DNA of 64,000 bases from Podarcis bocagei (Eukaryota). The stretch lies in the NCBI GenBank assembly GCA_964188305.1, contig OZ076889.1. One strand, given 5' to 3'. Made by a program: the position numbers and the translations under genes. Below are positions 11,573 through 26,049 of the stretch, in pieces (position 1 is the first letter of the stretch; the number at the start of each line of letters is the position of its first letter). The notes beneath the pieces are model-generated. The model was not told the origin of the DNA. It searched no databases and saw only the letters and a list, made by a program, of their open reading frames with translations.

Positions 11573-13624
11573 GTGAGTGTACCGAATTGTGTGTGGGCTT
11601 TTTTCCATTATGGCATGCAAATCTCGGGAAGGCTTTGCAAGCGGCCGCTCAAGGTTGTGCTTCATATATATATCCTGTATTGTTTTCAGTTTGTCGGGCT
11701 GTCATTTTGAATGCATTCGTTCTGTACATATATCGCATAATGCTCTAGCTGGTAGACCTTTAAATGCAAAAAAGAAAAAAAAATCATTCCCATTTCCTGT
11801 TGTGAGCGAATTGCTTTCGGATACAGAAGTGCTCCGAGTAAGTGGGCGGGTGCTGAGGGTAGGCTGCTTGGATGTGGGAAAGGCTTGGTTTTTTTCAATG
11901 GCTTACCCGCTTCCCTTTTTTCCTGCCTATCCGGTTGCATTTTCAGCTAAATCCTGAGCTTGAGTGGCTTGTATTAATGGGGGAGGGGAGGCGAGGTTGA
12001 TGGCACATATGCCCGGTTCTCCCCACTGCATGGCTCTGTGCTTGATCAGAAATTGTTGTCACTTTTGCTGAGATATATTTAGTCTACTCGTGGCATTCCA
12101 GATCATGACAGGATATGAAATCACTTTCCTATATTTATGCCATCCCAGACTAAACGTGAGCCATATGTGCATTTGTGTCTGCTTGAGTAATGAAAAGACA
12201 CAGATTGGGGGTTAATCATCTAGTTTTTCCTTAATAGCACTGCTGTTAGTTGAGCATTTGTGTTATCTTTTTAATATTAAAAAATGGTACTAAAAGTTCT
12301 GATATTTTCCATGTGTGTGACATAAAAATTGTCTGGCCACAAACTGTGCAAACCTGTACAGCTGTGATTGAGATGTATCCTGTCGCAGATTGCTGCTGAA
12401 GGCTCCTAGGAAACAGGGTTTTCTTAATGGGTTGGGGGGAAACTGCTGATTTAAGGCTTCTTCACATCACATACTGCCTAAAGCCACAAAGTAGTAGGAA
12501 AGGTGACATGAAAGGACACCCTCTTTCCCTTGTAGAACTGAAAGAACTTACAAGAAATGAACTCATTAGGGATTTCTTAAGGAGCCCTAAGCAAATATAA
12601 TGATATATTACAGATATAAAAACCAGTGCCTGATAGAACAAGAAATTCTCCATTGAGATGCCCAGTTATCTGAAAGTGTGATTTTGCTCTTAAGCATGTG
12701 GCTCAGGCACTGCAAAATTAGAGAGTACTTTTAAAAAAAAGCTTTAAATGATGATAATATGACAGAATTAATGAATGCATGCAGACTAGCAGGTGGATTT
12801 ATGAGTAAAGTTTTTACAGTCCTAAGACACCTTGGAATTCAGTTTCCAAATGTGGTTTGCTTATTTTTCCTCTCCTATGTTGAACACATCTTCCACCCTG
12901 CCAGATCTTTATTCATTATGAAACAAATTCCTGAGTACATAAAACGATGCTAAAATTAAACTGCTTGTTCTGTCATCAGTATACAGCTGCATAAAGGGAC
13001 ATAAAAAGGTCTGGAGCCTCTTCTCTCTTTCTCTCCTTAGTGAACTATTTCCTCCCTTTTACTGAAGGGAAACCTGTCCTTGCTTTGCAGTCAGCCCTTT
13101 CCATCCCCAGGGCTTGCCTATCTGAACTGGTTCCCAAAAGAAAATAGCCTCTTGACAACGGCAGCAGAAGGTGTTGCAATGACATACTCTGTTTATAGAG
13201 GAAAGTATGCCTGGAGTGCTGCTTATTTTGAACTAATGAGTCCTTAATTGGCCAGAATACTTTATTGCTTGGTAATCCCTGGCCTGGCTTTTCTTCATGA
13301 GATGCTCACCGGAGGTAGAGAATTGCTAAAGCGACGCTGGGCTTGCAGAATGGTTTTATTGTTGTGTATGAATGCAAAGCAAAGTAATTCAAGGACCTGA
13401 GTGTGTTCTTACTGTAAGGAAGCCAGGTGGTGTGCCTGAATAGGCAAATAATCCTTGTGGCATAATTGCCATGTGTAATGGACTGGATGTCCCTTATGTC
13501 AGTAGAGGCAATTTCAGAAAGTCCCTTATATCATAAATGTTAAATCTGACAAAAGCTGCAGTCGTTTTTGCCCCGACACCTTATGTGCAAGAGAATACTT
13601 GAGGACCAGGAAAAATTAGCAGAA

Positions 13625-13761
13625 AGAGCATATGTAGCATGAGACTCTTAATTTCAGGGTCATGAGTTTGAGTGCCACATTGGGCAAAAGATTCCTGCAT
13701 TGCAGGGAGTTGGATTTGGTGACTCTTGTGGTCCCTTCCAGCTTGACAATTCTGTGATTCC
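13625..13761 (+). mobile_element. tRNA-derived SINE with CR1-like tail
   Basis: AGCATGAGACTCTTAATTTCAGGGTCATGAGTTTGAG tRNA-like head; tail GGTCCCTTCCAGCTTGACAATTCTGTGATTC. Confidence 0.6.
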
Positions 13762-14673
13762 ATGCTGGGGCCCTCATTTTACCCCTGCTTCTCAAGCCAC
13801 TTGGGTGTTCGTGCAGCCTCCGTGCACTCTCCGCATCTCTGGAGAGTTGGGTAACCCTCTGGAGCAAATTTCAGAAGGCAGAAGGGCTGTAAGGAGGCGA
13901 GGAAGTCTGCTTACACATGGTTGAATAGTCATCCCTTGTTGAGAATCTGAACACTTGGTAGAAATACTATAGAAATGGTACAATTGAAGCTAAACTTAAA
14001 ACTTTGTCAGACTTGTAAACTAAGTGGAGTCAAGCTAGGTCAGCATTTGAATGGGGGTTAGTAGTTATCTCATTGCTGCTGTACATTGTATTTTATTGCA
14101 TCATGTGTTGAGATATAATGGGCAGAGTTCGCCAAAGAAGCTCTGTCTGACTTCAGCTTTTGCAGTGGGGCTTTCTGCACTCTCCTACCCTGCAATTGGA
14201 TTTGAGGGGAGTTGAGAGAACCCTCAGAACAGCATGCAGGAGGGAAAGAGGGGGGATAATTCCATGCACAGTCAAAATGGTTTGAAGTGCATGATATTGA
14301 ATTCCACACTATGTTGGAAACTGCCTGGTGATTCCTAAGCAGTAAAAGGCTGGTTTATATATTTTGGTAGATAGATACTTTGAGGAGACTGTTGCAGAGT
14401 CATAAAGTGATATTGGTGTGTTGTACCACTCTGCAGGTAGAGTTACTACTTTTGCCTGAAACTAAATTGGTGACATTGAGTGATAGGTTTATCCAAAAGT
14501 TCAGGATACTTAAAGCAGTACCATATTCAAGTTTTACTCAGAGTGGACCCATTGAAATTAATGAACCAACGTCATGTTCATTCATTGAGTCAGTTTTGAG
14601 TAAAACTAAGTTCTGGCTGGCATATGTAACACATATTATTTTTAAAAACCTACTCATGGTCTCATGTATTGTA

Positions 14674-15025
14674 CAATGGTGCCCCACAAGACGAATGCCT
14701 CGCAAGACGAAAAACTCGCTAGACGAAAGGGTTTTGAGGTTTTTGAGCTGCTTCGCAAGACGAATTTCCCTATGGGCTTGCTTTGCAAGACGAAAACGTC
14801 TTGCGTTTTTTGCAAGTTTATTTCCTTTTTCTTAACACCGTTAATACAGTTGCGACTTGACTTCGAGGAGCAACTCATAGAACGCGGTGTGGTAGCCTTT
14901 TTTGAGCTTTTTGGTGATTTTTGAAGCTTTTCCAAAACTTTTCCGACACTGCTTCACAAGACGAAAAATTCGCTAGACGAAAAAACTCACGGAACGAATT
15001 AATTTCGTCTTGCGAGGCACCACTG
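14674..15025. mobile_element. Tc1/mariner-superfamily (pogo/Tigger-like) MITE
   Basis: TA TSD both sides; TIR CAATGGTGCCCCACAAGACGAA / TTCGTCTTGCGAGGCACCACTG; repeated internal GC(A/T)AGACGAA motif; same family as 28513-28765. Confidence 0.88.
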
Positions 15026-18000
15026 TATTCCATTCCTCTTCTAAATTTTGGTGTTGGTATTCTTCAGCTGGTGGTGTCCTGCAACTTTTTCTGGTTGAGA
15101 GAAATTTGGTAAAGTTGGGGAAGGACACAACCGTGAACTCCTGGGAAAACTGATGCAATGTTGCCCTAACTTGTGTTGTGTGGATAGAGCAGCAATGGGA
15201 GGGAAGGCTTTTACGAGAGCCCTTGGCTTATACAGTACTGAAGACTGTACCTATGTTCATTTTAGCAAATTGTTGTCATGCGGGGCAACAGAGAAGGCAA
15301 GAAGGCTTGTTGTAGATTTTCAAAGGCTGGTTCATCTTGCTATGTGAACTGTTTTCTAACATAGCTTACCAATTCTGTATTAGTTGTTACCCATATAAAC
15401 ATTTGTCTTTTTAAAGCCCATGAACCATTTAAATTGGCTTACAAAATTTAAAATCACAGTGCAATAAAAAATGTAACACAGCAATAAAAATACACAAATT
15501 ACACATTTAAACACGTTTAAAAGGCATCCATGTTGGAGATGACAGGTAAAAATGACCGTCACAAATAACACTGCTTTCCAATATGAAAAATCATCTGTGG
15601 CTTTTGCTGGCTGGTAGAGGAACCCATCTGCACTTCGCAAAGCATGGTATTCCACAACACTGGTGCAGCCAATTAATTTTCAAAAAATAATTTCTGTCTT
15701 TAGCAAATACAGTATTCATTTCCGGTAGGAAATCTTATCCAGCTCACCCCCTCAAACTAATACAATAAAAAATAATTTCTGTTAGAAACTATTTTACATG
15801 TGGCTACAGAAAACGCACTGCAGATTTGAGGCATTAATGTTGAAACCAGATAGGAAAAGAGAGCTCTAAATTATACTCCTAATTCAACTAACAGACAAGA
15901 TGCAAGAGTTAATGGACTCTCCTTCTCTCTCCCCCCCCCACCCACACACTTAATTTTTACTAGGGTGATTACCAACAAGTTTAGTGCAATATACTGTATA
16001 TCTTATGTCTGAGCAGAATTTTGTTCAAAAAGGTTCAGAATTACCTGTCCCCCTTCCCCCACAAAAAGCTGCACAACCTGTGGCAAATAAGATACAGGCA
16101 TGACCAGATAAAAGCTACATGAGGGGTCTCTGAAAATGCTGTCAGATTACCTTTAAAAACTCTCCAAATACTGCTGGACTGTGCTTATCATCATCTCTGA
16201 CCATTGACCATGGGACTGATGAGAGCCAACCTGTGAGAGCTACAGGTTCCTCACCTGTTTCATGCTAAAAGATGAGAAGGTGAAAAGTGTTGTAAAGAGG
16301 GGTCTGCTTGATTCCTCGTTTAAAAACTCACTTTATCTCATAAACCCATGGATATCCTTAGGCACACCACCTATTCCATTATGTAGAAATATAAATGCTG
16401 GCTTATTTCCCAGGCCTGTTGAAAAAATTGCTTTAGAGAGTATGTGAAGTGCTTTGATTACTCTAAAGTGTGTTGTTGTTGTTTGTTTGCATTAGGCCAG
16501 GAGATGGCAGCTTGTTTGATACTGTGGACAATGTTGTAAACTTTTGCTATCACACCTTCAAACAACCCTAAAGCCTAGAAATTTGCTTTAAAAGTTACCA
16601 AGACCCTGATTCATGCATAGAAGAGGGTCTGTTTTATATGGTAGCCCAAAGGCAGAGTTGTCTAGTGGTAATGAATCATATCGGAATCCCCCCCCCCCAC
16701 CATTTTTGTGGCCCTTCAGTGGGTATCAGTGGGCATGACTACTATATGTTTAGCCATATCACAACCAAGCTATATAAGTGACAAGGAAAACCATTTGAGG
16801 GTAATGTCTCTACAGAGCAAATCATGATTTGCAAGGTGGAAATGGGGCTTGGTTCTCCCAGTCAAAATCATAAGCTTGCGCTGGGCTGATTTTAAATATA
16901 TATCCCTGGATGTGAAAAGCCATGTTAGGGGGGAATTTAAGATTATATCCCTTCTCCCTCTTGTGTATGTGTTAAGGAGAGAATCCATTTGTACCGAGGA
17001 GCACTGATTTATTTATATTCTGCCTTTCATCATAAGAGCTTGGAGCAAGGCACAATAAGAATTATTACAGATCAAACAAAATATGCAAGCAGGTAAAATA
17101 AAAGAAATGTGAAATTGCCAAGCCCACCTATAAAAATTCCAAGATGGACATAGCCATTTCCAAAGGCTAACAGCCATATTTTGAGTCGCCACCTGCCGTC
17201 TGATGTGGTACAGCCCAGACACAGGGTTCCCAGCACTGGCTTCTCTGCTTGTGAGAATTCAGCCTGCGGAAAGTCTGTTTATAGGGATTGGCTTGTGGAT
17301 AAATGGGTGAGGCCTCTGAGTAAACTGCAGTTCCTTGACTCAGTCATGAAAGAACTTGCAGCTGTCCTCAGTTTGCCAGTGCACCTGTTCCTCTCCTTAT
17401 ACTGTCTTTCACTCCTGCTCAAGTACTTCATAATGTGCAAGGACATAAACTACCTGACTGTGTGCACTAGCAGTTTAACTCATTGTCTCTAATGAGAGAC
17501 TCTAAGCAATCCCGTTTTCCCCCATTGGCATCTCTTGCAGCCAAACCTTTGGGCTGAGATTTCACTGCTGTTGTTATGAGGCATTTACAGATGAACCTTT
17601 TTTAAAGGGGGGGGACTTATGTTTGTGCTTATATTCACCAAGCCACTGTTAGTAAAAAAAGGAAGGCATTCCATGTGGCAGTGACATAATGCTGAATAAA
17701 TCTTTTAATGACGCTTCACACATTCCTGTCCCCAGAGGCAACATTTTTGAACCAAACTGCAGAAAGACTTCTTCTGGTTGTTGTCCCTCCCACTTCTGTT
17801 CTTTATATCTTCATAGTAGCAGCTTAGCATTTTTTTATTTTTATTTTTTTGCTTCCATGGGCTGAAGCAGCATAATTGGATTCAGTGCGGTGCAAATCGC
17901 TGCAAATATGTGAGCTGAAAGGATGAAGTTTAGACAGTGTGTGGCCTTGTTTCATAAGTCCACATTTGGTCATGAAGATATTTGGTGAATTTGCCTACAA

Positions 18001-19174
18001 AAGCAATTTCTAAGAAGCAAAAAAGAAAAAAGAAAACCTTGCTGGAATCTTTCTCTGAAAACAGACTTGCTGTCTGGAAAGAGGACGAAGCAAAGATGGT
18101 TTTTCAAGGCACAATGATCGGGGTCTCCAGCTTCGATTAGTTGCATAAAAACCTTTCTAGCTGAAGTACTGGAGGAGTGGTTTACCTAAAAATTGCGGAT
18201 TGTGCGGATATTGACACCGCTGCTATGTGGCAGAAAACATTATGTGCCATTAATTTCCGTTTGTTTAAATGTGTTCTTAAACAGTGTTTGTAAATGTGCT
18301 GGTTTAACGAGGAGACTGGGAATTTTGCCTGATCCACTAGTCATGCATTTTTAATGAATGATGGGCACTTTGTCTCTGATGAGCAGCATATTAAATCAAT
18401 CTGCAGTCCTATTTATATGGGGGTGTAGGGTGTGCAACAGTAGTCTCTCTTGGGGAGGAAGGACAGCAGATCCTGCAAACTAGAATTGCTTGGGATACAA
18501 AGCTGGAGGTGTGTTTTGATTGAGTTAGTAATATTGGGCAGGGCCCTAGTATGACTGCAGCAGAGAAAATAGGACTAGGAAGCCTTTCAAAAGGCAAAAC
18601 CAGCCTTGTTGCAAGAAAACTGATCATGATGAAAGCCAATAACATGGGGCTAACTATTGCTAGATTTGCAACATTTTTAAAAGAAAAAATGGAAAATAAA
18701 CTTTAAAATAGCAGCACCATTTACAATAATCTTGGGGAAATTTCGATTAAAGGTTCTAGGGTGGTGATGCCAGATTACCCTTTGTTTAAATGACTAATCC
18801 AGACTTCAAATGTATCCTGAAAGGGACAGAATCCCTGTGAAACCATGCAGGGCAGGGTAAATAACCCAACTCCTAACTACTTAAACGCATATGGATCACG
18901 TGAATATTCCCGGGGGGGGGGGATATTCCAGTGTCAGATGGGTCCAAGGGCAAAAGTAGGCAGAGCAATTGATTTTGGACACTAGCTACTTTCTATCTAA
19001 GGAAACATTACCAGAGTTTAAAGACATATTGCAGTCAAGCAAAACCCTTAAGGTAGGTGCGACTGTCATGCTTAAGTTACAGGGTGGGTGGGTAGGGGAG
19101 TTACTGCCCTAAAGTCTTCTAGTTAGGCTGCTCCACTCTCTCTGGGTGATTGACCCCCCAAAATACTAGAAGTA

Positions 19175-19433
19175 CCGTATTTTTTGCTCTATAAGACTCA
19201 CCTTTTCCCTCCTAAAATGTAAGGGCAAGTGTGTGTGCATCTTATGGAGTGAATGCACGCTGCGCAGCTATCCCAGAAGCCAGAACAGCATGAGGGATGA
19301 CTGCTTTCGCTGCGCAGTGATCCCTCTTGCTGTTCTGGCTTCTGGAATTCAGAATATTTCTTTTCTTGTTTTCCTCCTCCAAAAACTAGGTGCGTCTTAT
19401 GGTCTGGTGTGTCTTATAGAGCGAAAAATTCGA
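19175..19433. mobile_element. Tc1/mariner-superfamily MITE
   Basis: TA flanks; TIR CCGTATTTTTTGCTCTATAAGAC / GTCTTATAGAGCGAAAAATTCGA. Confidence 0.8.
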
Positions 19434-21317
19434 TATGTGACGCCACTGACAATGCGGTCTGAAGAAAGCAACGGTATTAAGTACTCACTACTTTCCCTCA
19501 AGGTAAAAAAAATGTTTTCTAGCCATGAGCAGGTTTGGTTGCCTGGGATAAGTGCTTCTGAAACTGCCTTGATCTTTCATACTGCAGCTCTGTTTCTTAA
19601 TTTTTCCATAATGCATGCTAAATAATTCAGTGTCTTTTATCAGGAGGAATAACCTGAGAGAACTTCTGTTCTCCTGCAAGCTAGCTTTCAAGTTTGCCCT
19701 CTGATGTGCTGCAGCAATGAAGCAGTAATGGGCTTTGATTTGTGGAGTCTTGCCGTGGTCCGTGCTGTGAAGCAGGAGGAGGAATTGCTGTACCTGTGTC
19801 AGTCAAAGTGCCTTGGCCTGCCCTGTTGCCGTTTCTTCATATCAAGCCGTGCATACAAGAACAGTTACACTTATAACCCTGCTGGCACACTCTGGGCTAA
19901 GCCTGTCAGTTCCCTTTATGTCACTAGAAAGATAGCAAAAGAAGTCACTCCAGACAGATTGATTTTGGTTGGGGGGAAAGAGGAGTGAACAAGGGACAGA
20001 AAGAGAAGACTTTCTCAGCCTGCGCAGGAAAATAAACCCAACAACTTCATACTATATGATGAGCGGATTGCAAAACAAAACTAAAAACAAGGGAAAATTT
20101 ATTTCATGCTTCACATTGTAAAATTAACATACTTCCTAAACTTATATGCCTATATTGGTTGAGGTAACGATTAAAATATAATTTACAGCTAAACAGAGCA
20201 GGCATAGGTAACCGCACAGTTCTGGGGCCTGATCTGCCCCCCAAACATATTATTCTTCCCCCAACCTAATTTTAATAGCTGCAGAAAAAGAAAAATATTG
20301 AAGTAGACACTGTGCCAGAGAAGGTGGAGCCCACTGTCCTGACGGGGATACATCCTGCCCCCTCGTATCATTTGATGAGCAGAGAGCATGTGATGACTTC
20401 CCTTCTCTGTTGGCTGCATATACCAGCTGAGGAGGGGTCAGAATTGTTGGCCAGTGCGAGTTGATCACACCCATCACTGGTATGCAAAAATTACCTGGTA
20501 TGCAAAAGCTTTGCTAATGCAGTCTATATGCCTTTAATATTATAGTTATACCTGTTTCTTCATGGCAAAGGGAGGCAACCATGTAGCTGATTGCTGCTTG
20601 GAAGTCTGTACATTGCAAAAACAGTGCTCCAGCTCCCTGAGCCACAGCATAATACTCTATGGGAGGAGTCCACACTGGCTCCTCTCCACACCAACGTTTA
20701 TTGTCTAAAAGCTGTGCTAATGCTGGCATTGGGAAGAGCTTCAGCATGTAGTCCAGAAGTGCTTGCACTATCCTGCTGACACAGGAAGGAACAGCACTCC
20801 TGCCACTCCCATGCTGCCAAGGTGACTTAACCCTATCAAACAGCATTGAACTTGACAGAAATGATAGAAAGTTATTGGGCAGAACAGTGTTTTCTTTATA
20901 ATAGGGCTGGCGATCTTATGGCCCTCCAGATGTTCTTAGATTCCCATTAGCATGGTCAGGGAGGATAGCAGCTGTAGTTCCAACTACACCTGCCTGGCTC
21001 TAGAAGGTTACTGTTAATAAGCACATTTATTTTTAAAGTCATAAATATCCAGAAATGCAGAACTGGATGCATTGCTAGGAAATTTAGAGGTCATTAAATG
21101 AATATACCATTCACTCAGGTGGGGTTAGCAGAAGACTCTGGGGTGATGCTGGATGGAGTCTCATAAATCCTAGTGCCCATCTTTGGCCAGTCCCTGGTTC
21201 TAGTAGGAAGCCCACAATAAATGCATGATTCGTTATATCCTTTATTAAGGACCTTGAAAAGTCAGATTTCTCTCTCTTACACAAACAAAAGTCAGGCATT
21301 AACTCAGTTTGTAGGAT

Positions 21318-21453
21318 ATAGCTATAGCTCAGTTGGTTGAGCATAGGACTCACTCTCAGGGTTGTGGATTCAACATTGGCCAAAATATTCCTGAATTGTA
21401 GGGGTTGGACTAGATGACACACATAGTCCCTTTCAACTCGACAATTCTATGAC
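21318..21453 (+). mobile_element. tRNA-derived SINE with CR1-like tail, degraded
   Basis: A-box-like TAGCTCAGTTGGTTGAGC; tail GGGTTGGACTAGATGAC...CAACTCGACAATTCTATGA; related to 13625-13761. Confidence 0.55.
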
Positions 21454-22387
21454 TGTGTGAAAAGGGTCATGGTTTCGGTTTGAGATTTTAAATTTTGGGC
21501 TTTAGCTTGTTTTTAATACATTTGGATCTTGTTAGCCAGATCTCCCCCCCCCCCCCCCCGATTTGCTATAATGGAAATGTAATAAAAATCTAATTCCATT
21601 TTTTTAAAAAACATCATCAGGCACCCTGCTTTTGAGTTTCAAAAGACTAAATAGTATGAATGTAATTGTGGTCACTTCTGTGCCTCGGAAGCACACTCCA
21701 TTGTCTCTCAAAACAGACAGATGCCAACAACAACAACGTCATCTGCCAAATGGCAGACAAAGGCATCACTCTTATCTCCTTACCTGGGAGTAAGCCCCAG
21801 TGAAATCAAGGGAACTTACTATTAGACATGTATAGGATTGTGCTGTAGAAGACTTGTCTACAATGACTACTACTGCTTGTTGCATCAGCAAATGCAAACA
21901 TAGTACAGTAAACAAGTAGAGTGGACGAGGACCTTTATGGCACTGGATTCTACTTTAGCTGGAAACCTAGACCTGGAACATGGAAATTAATCATTTCATT
22001 CATTACTTCCACAGCTAATAGTAGGTATAATGTACTATAGAATGCTTATTGATGCTGCGCCAATATGCTTACTAGAAACTCAAGTGCTGGAAAATATTCC
22101 CGATTTGCTAAAAGCCTTTTGTTGCAGCCTCTGCTTACAACCCAACCATTGTACAGTAGGTGTCACTCTGGTTCTCTTAACTATGAATGGGCTGTAAAAA
22201 TTGCATACCTTCAAAACAGGCTTTTATACACTGCCCCAGCATTCCACTTTGTGGCAGGTGCCATATTCACAGTGGTGGTATAAATTTCCTCCATTCTGCA
22301 TGAACAATGTGCTTGAACTTCAAAAGCACTCGTGTCTAGAAACAAGTGGAACACAGCCTTATTACTTTGTTTGCTGTAGGTCACAAT

Positions 22388-23273
22388 TAGGCCTGGGCAG
22401 TATATCAATATACCGCCCAGGACTGGTGTGAGGAGCAGACCGTGATGTTTGCTTCACTCAGCGGTATATCGCTGATGAAACGGCCACGCTCCTGTGTCCC
22501 TCAGCTAGCAGCATAACTTCATCCAGGGGTTGCTGCTAGCAGAGGGACTCGGAAGTGCAGCTGTTTCACCAGCGATATACTGCTGAGTGAAACTGACATT
22601 GCGGTCTGCCCGCATACAGCACAGAGAGAGAAACAAGCTGCACTGGCGAGGTTCCTATACAGCTTGTTCCTCCCTCCACATCTTTAAACTGCTCGGCCAA
22701 GGGGCACCCGGTTGCCGCTCCCTTCAGCCAAGCATTTAATGGTGCCCCTGTCCAGTGCTGGCTTGCCCAAGTTGGCAGCGGGGTGGGGGCTCTGTGAAAC
22801 TGGCGACCCCGGACACCTCAGCAGCATTGGATCACTGGGGGGCAAGGCTTCTTCTACGACCCAGCTGCACAAAGCCCAATGCTGCTGCGGTGTTGGATCG
22901 CTCAGATGCAGAGTGGAAGAAGCCTCCCCACCCCCCACCCCATCTGAGTGATCCAATGCTGCAGATGAGATTGGGGGAGGCATCTACGCCACAGCTGAGC
23001 AAAGCCCAATGCTGCTGAGGCCTCGGGATTCGCTCAGCTGGGGGGGGGACCTTCCTGCCCCCAGCTGAGCAGTGGCCTAGCCCAACTGCATTGGCCCTCC
23101 TGCAAGGCATTGAAATGAAAGGGTTCCAGCTCCAGCGTCAAGAGCTGTGGCAATTTCACCCTGCCTCTAGCTGGCTGGGGCCAATGGATTTTGTTTCAAC
23201 ATCGTGGTATATCGCCAAACTGCAATGTCTAGCTGGTGATACATCACAATGTTGAAAATCTTGCCCAGCCCTA
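22388..23273. mobile_element. Non-autonomous hAT transposon (886 bp) with internal palindromes
   Basis: TIR TAGGCCTGGGCA / TGCCCAGCCCTA; perfect 8-bp TSD GTCACAAT (22380-22387, 23274-23281). Confidence 0.85.
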
Positions 23274-26049
23274 GTCACAATATGCTCTGACTGAGATAAT
23301 GAAGTAGGTTTCAGGTTTGTTTGTGTAGAAGACACCTGTCCAATTTGCCCTAAAATGTGACACATCTAAAAAGTGCTGCATTTGAAACCTTGTCTCTTAT
23401 TTTCCCACCTGTTCTTTCTGGATATAATGACTTTTCGGGGTCTCATTATTTATAACAATACAAAATACAGTGGTCAAGCAATGATGTTGGGAGGGGGTAT
23501 GGGGGGCTGGGCCCTGGATCTTATGTACTAGACCCTAGATCTGGTGTCCATCCATCCCCATGTCTCCCCTTTATTTCATATTTGAATTTACTTACAGGGA
23601 AGCTTTCCCTCTGAGTCAGCTTAATTTGCACTATACATTTGCATTAGCAAACTTGTATGCAAATGTGTGTCATGGTCCTGCCTCAAGTCCTTTTAAGGCT
23701 GTAGGAACATCCCTGTAGTCAAAATTTAACACCCTGTTTTGATTTATTACTAGCTTGTTTAAAATCCTTATGAAACAAGTGCTTTTTAAAGATTCTAGGT
23801 TTCCATAAGGTGCCCTAATGACAGCAGTGAACAAGAATGTAGCAGCTGTGCTTCTGCTTGTCAACCTATTCTCTCAAATACTTTCAAAATTGAGGCTTGC
23901 AAATGCCTTACTACTTACTTTTGGAATTAAAAATGCCAGCTTGCTTGGACTGCATAGCAGCACTACAAAGGATTAACCGTGGCCTACTTGGCCTATTCAG
24001 TTCATTGGGGAATCTGTATGGTTTATGTTGGACTTGGACCAAGACATCTGAGAAAACTGTCCTCTCTTGGGTGGCTTTGAGTAACTGACTGTTATTTGAA
24101 AGGACAAGTGACATAAGGCAGGGCTACTTTAGTGGTGGCCCTTCACCTCTGAAATTCCCTCCCAAATGGCATTTGATATTCAGCCACTGCAAAAAATAAA
24201 TAAGTAAAAGGAGTTGAACTTGTCCAGGCATTCAGATGTTGAAGTAGTATTTGTGGTGAGGTTCTACAGTTTTATCACAGATGTTCATTGTTTTTATTTG
24301 AGTATTTTCTTTTGATTATGGTAATTTATTATTGCTGTAAGCTGCCTATGCTCCATTTTAGAGAAAGGGCACAATATAAATCTATCAAATAAATAACACC
24401 TTCCTTGCAGATGATGATAAAATGGAATAAGCTCCCATACACTACCCTGAGTACCTTGAAGGAAAGGCAGGGTACACATGTAATAAAGCAAGCTTAAAAT
24501 ACTAAAAGTGTCAAAATTCAAATAGGGGTGAGGTTCAGGATAGTGTCAGTCGTGAAGAAATAGTAACTATGTTCTCAAAAGTCTTTTTGTCACTTTATCG
24601 TATGACAGGAGTGGGCTGACATGCACTATGTACTTAAAACTACACCTCTTGCACCACCAGTTGCATGACAAACTTTGGTTACAGTCCAAACTCCTGATCT
24701 GCTGCACTGGGAGGTGGGTGCTGGATGGTGCGAAGACTAGAAAAGCTGGTGTCAGTCTCCTGACTTGTGTCAGTCTGCTGGCCTGGAGCACTCTGTGCTG
24801 CCTACTGAAAGTGCAGCAGAGCACTTGGAAAGCTCTAAAATAGGGTGTTGTGGAAGCAGGGAAGGACTGAGCAGACTACAATCCACTGGAGCCATTCCAA
24901 CTGACATAATCTGATGGCATCAGGCGTGATCACTCTGCCTGTCTTTCCACCTTCTGTCCTAGCAGGTGTAAACAATGAACAAGGCTGCAGTTGCAGTGGT
25001 GATTGCTGCTTCATGACACCTTGCCTTTGCCCAGATGGGGTTTGAATTGCTCTGCCAGAAAGCAATAGGACTTAGTTGGAACCGCTTGCTTGTTGCAGCA
25101 TAATTAATCTGTGCTAAATTATCCTGTGTATGCTTTCTTGCTTGGTCTTGGTTTCCAGTACAGCACACAACGTGTGCTAAGAGCTTTCTGAGATAGAACT
25201 AACATGGTGAGAAGTGGGTGAGACTACAGTCCATTCTCCATGATATGCTAGCTTGTGTTGGTGGATTTGTGTTTTTTGCATGGGAGTGTTCAAAGCCTGT
25301 GGTGGCATTCTAATTTAACATCTCATTCTGCATGTGTAGATTAGGTTTTAAACATGTAAGTCATAGTATTATTATTATTTAACTTATATCCCACCCTTCC
25401 AAAGAAGCCCAGGGTAGCAAACAATGAGCATTAAAGCAGTAAATGCATCTTAAATGCAGGATCAACCAAGGTCCACCTGGCTCAGGATTTTTGGGAAATC
25501 CTAGAAACCACTAGGAGGAGGTCTGCCAAAAATGGGCTACTGCAGCAGGGCCTACCCCCTAACCCAGGGGTGTATGAAGGTGGGATCAACACCCCCCACC
25601 CCTTGCCACCTTGAGGCCAGTCAGCTGGAAACAAGGTCAAAACAACCAAGGACTTTTTGAGCATATACATTTCAGCCCATGAATTCATTTTCAGAAGCAA
25701 AACGCCATTCCTGGTCTCTTCCCCCCCCCCCCCGTTTTCTTCATTCTGGTAGCCTATTTGGAGAGCAAAAACAGTTTTTAAAAAATGGAAGTCAGAAATC
25801 CTTGATGATCTTAACTGCAGATTGCCCAGAGTCCTACCAATAGATGCTGACCCCCACCTTCTTTCTCACCAGCAGTGAAACAGATTCTGCTGGGACAGAA
25901 TCCTGAAATTCCCATACTAGCCTTCCTCTTGAGGATTACAGGGCGGTAGACAATATAATTAAACGAAAATGCAAACCTTAGCAACAAACAAAAACAGTAA
26001 CCGCCCTCCCTTACACAGTTTTAAAGGCCATAGATTGGGTAATTAAAGG

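Noticed and set aside
14380-15158. ORFs of 61-151 aa and regularly recurring AGACGAA repeats (CRISPR-like at a glance)
   Set aside because: Explained by a TA-flanked MITE; eukaryotic context, no constant repeat-spacer period, no cas genes
20477-20510. Short local tandem duplications (also 5223-5259, 31097-31149, 53375-53410) and small hairpins (643-668, 58263-58286)
   Set aside because: Ordinary slippage or repair scars with no sign of function
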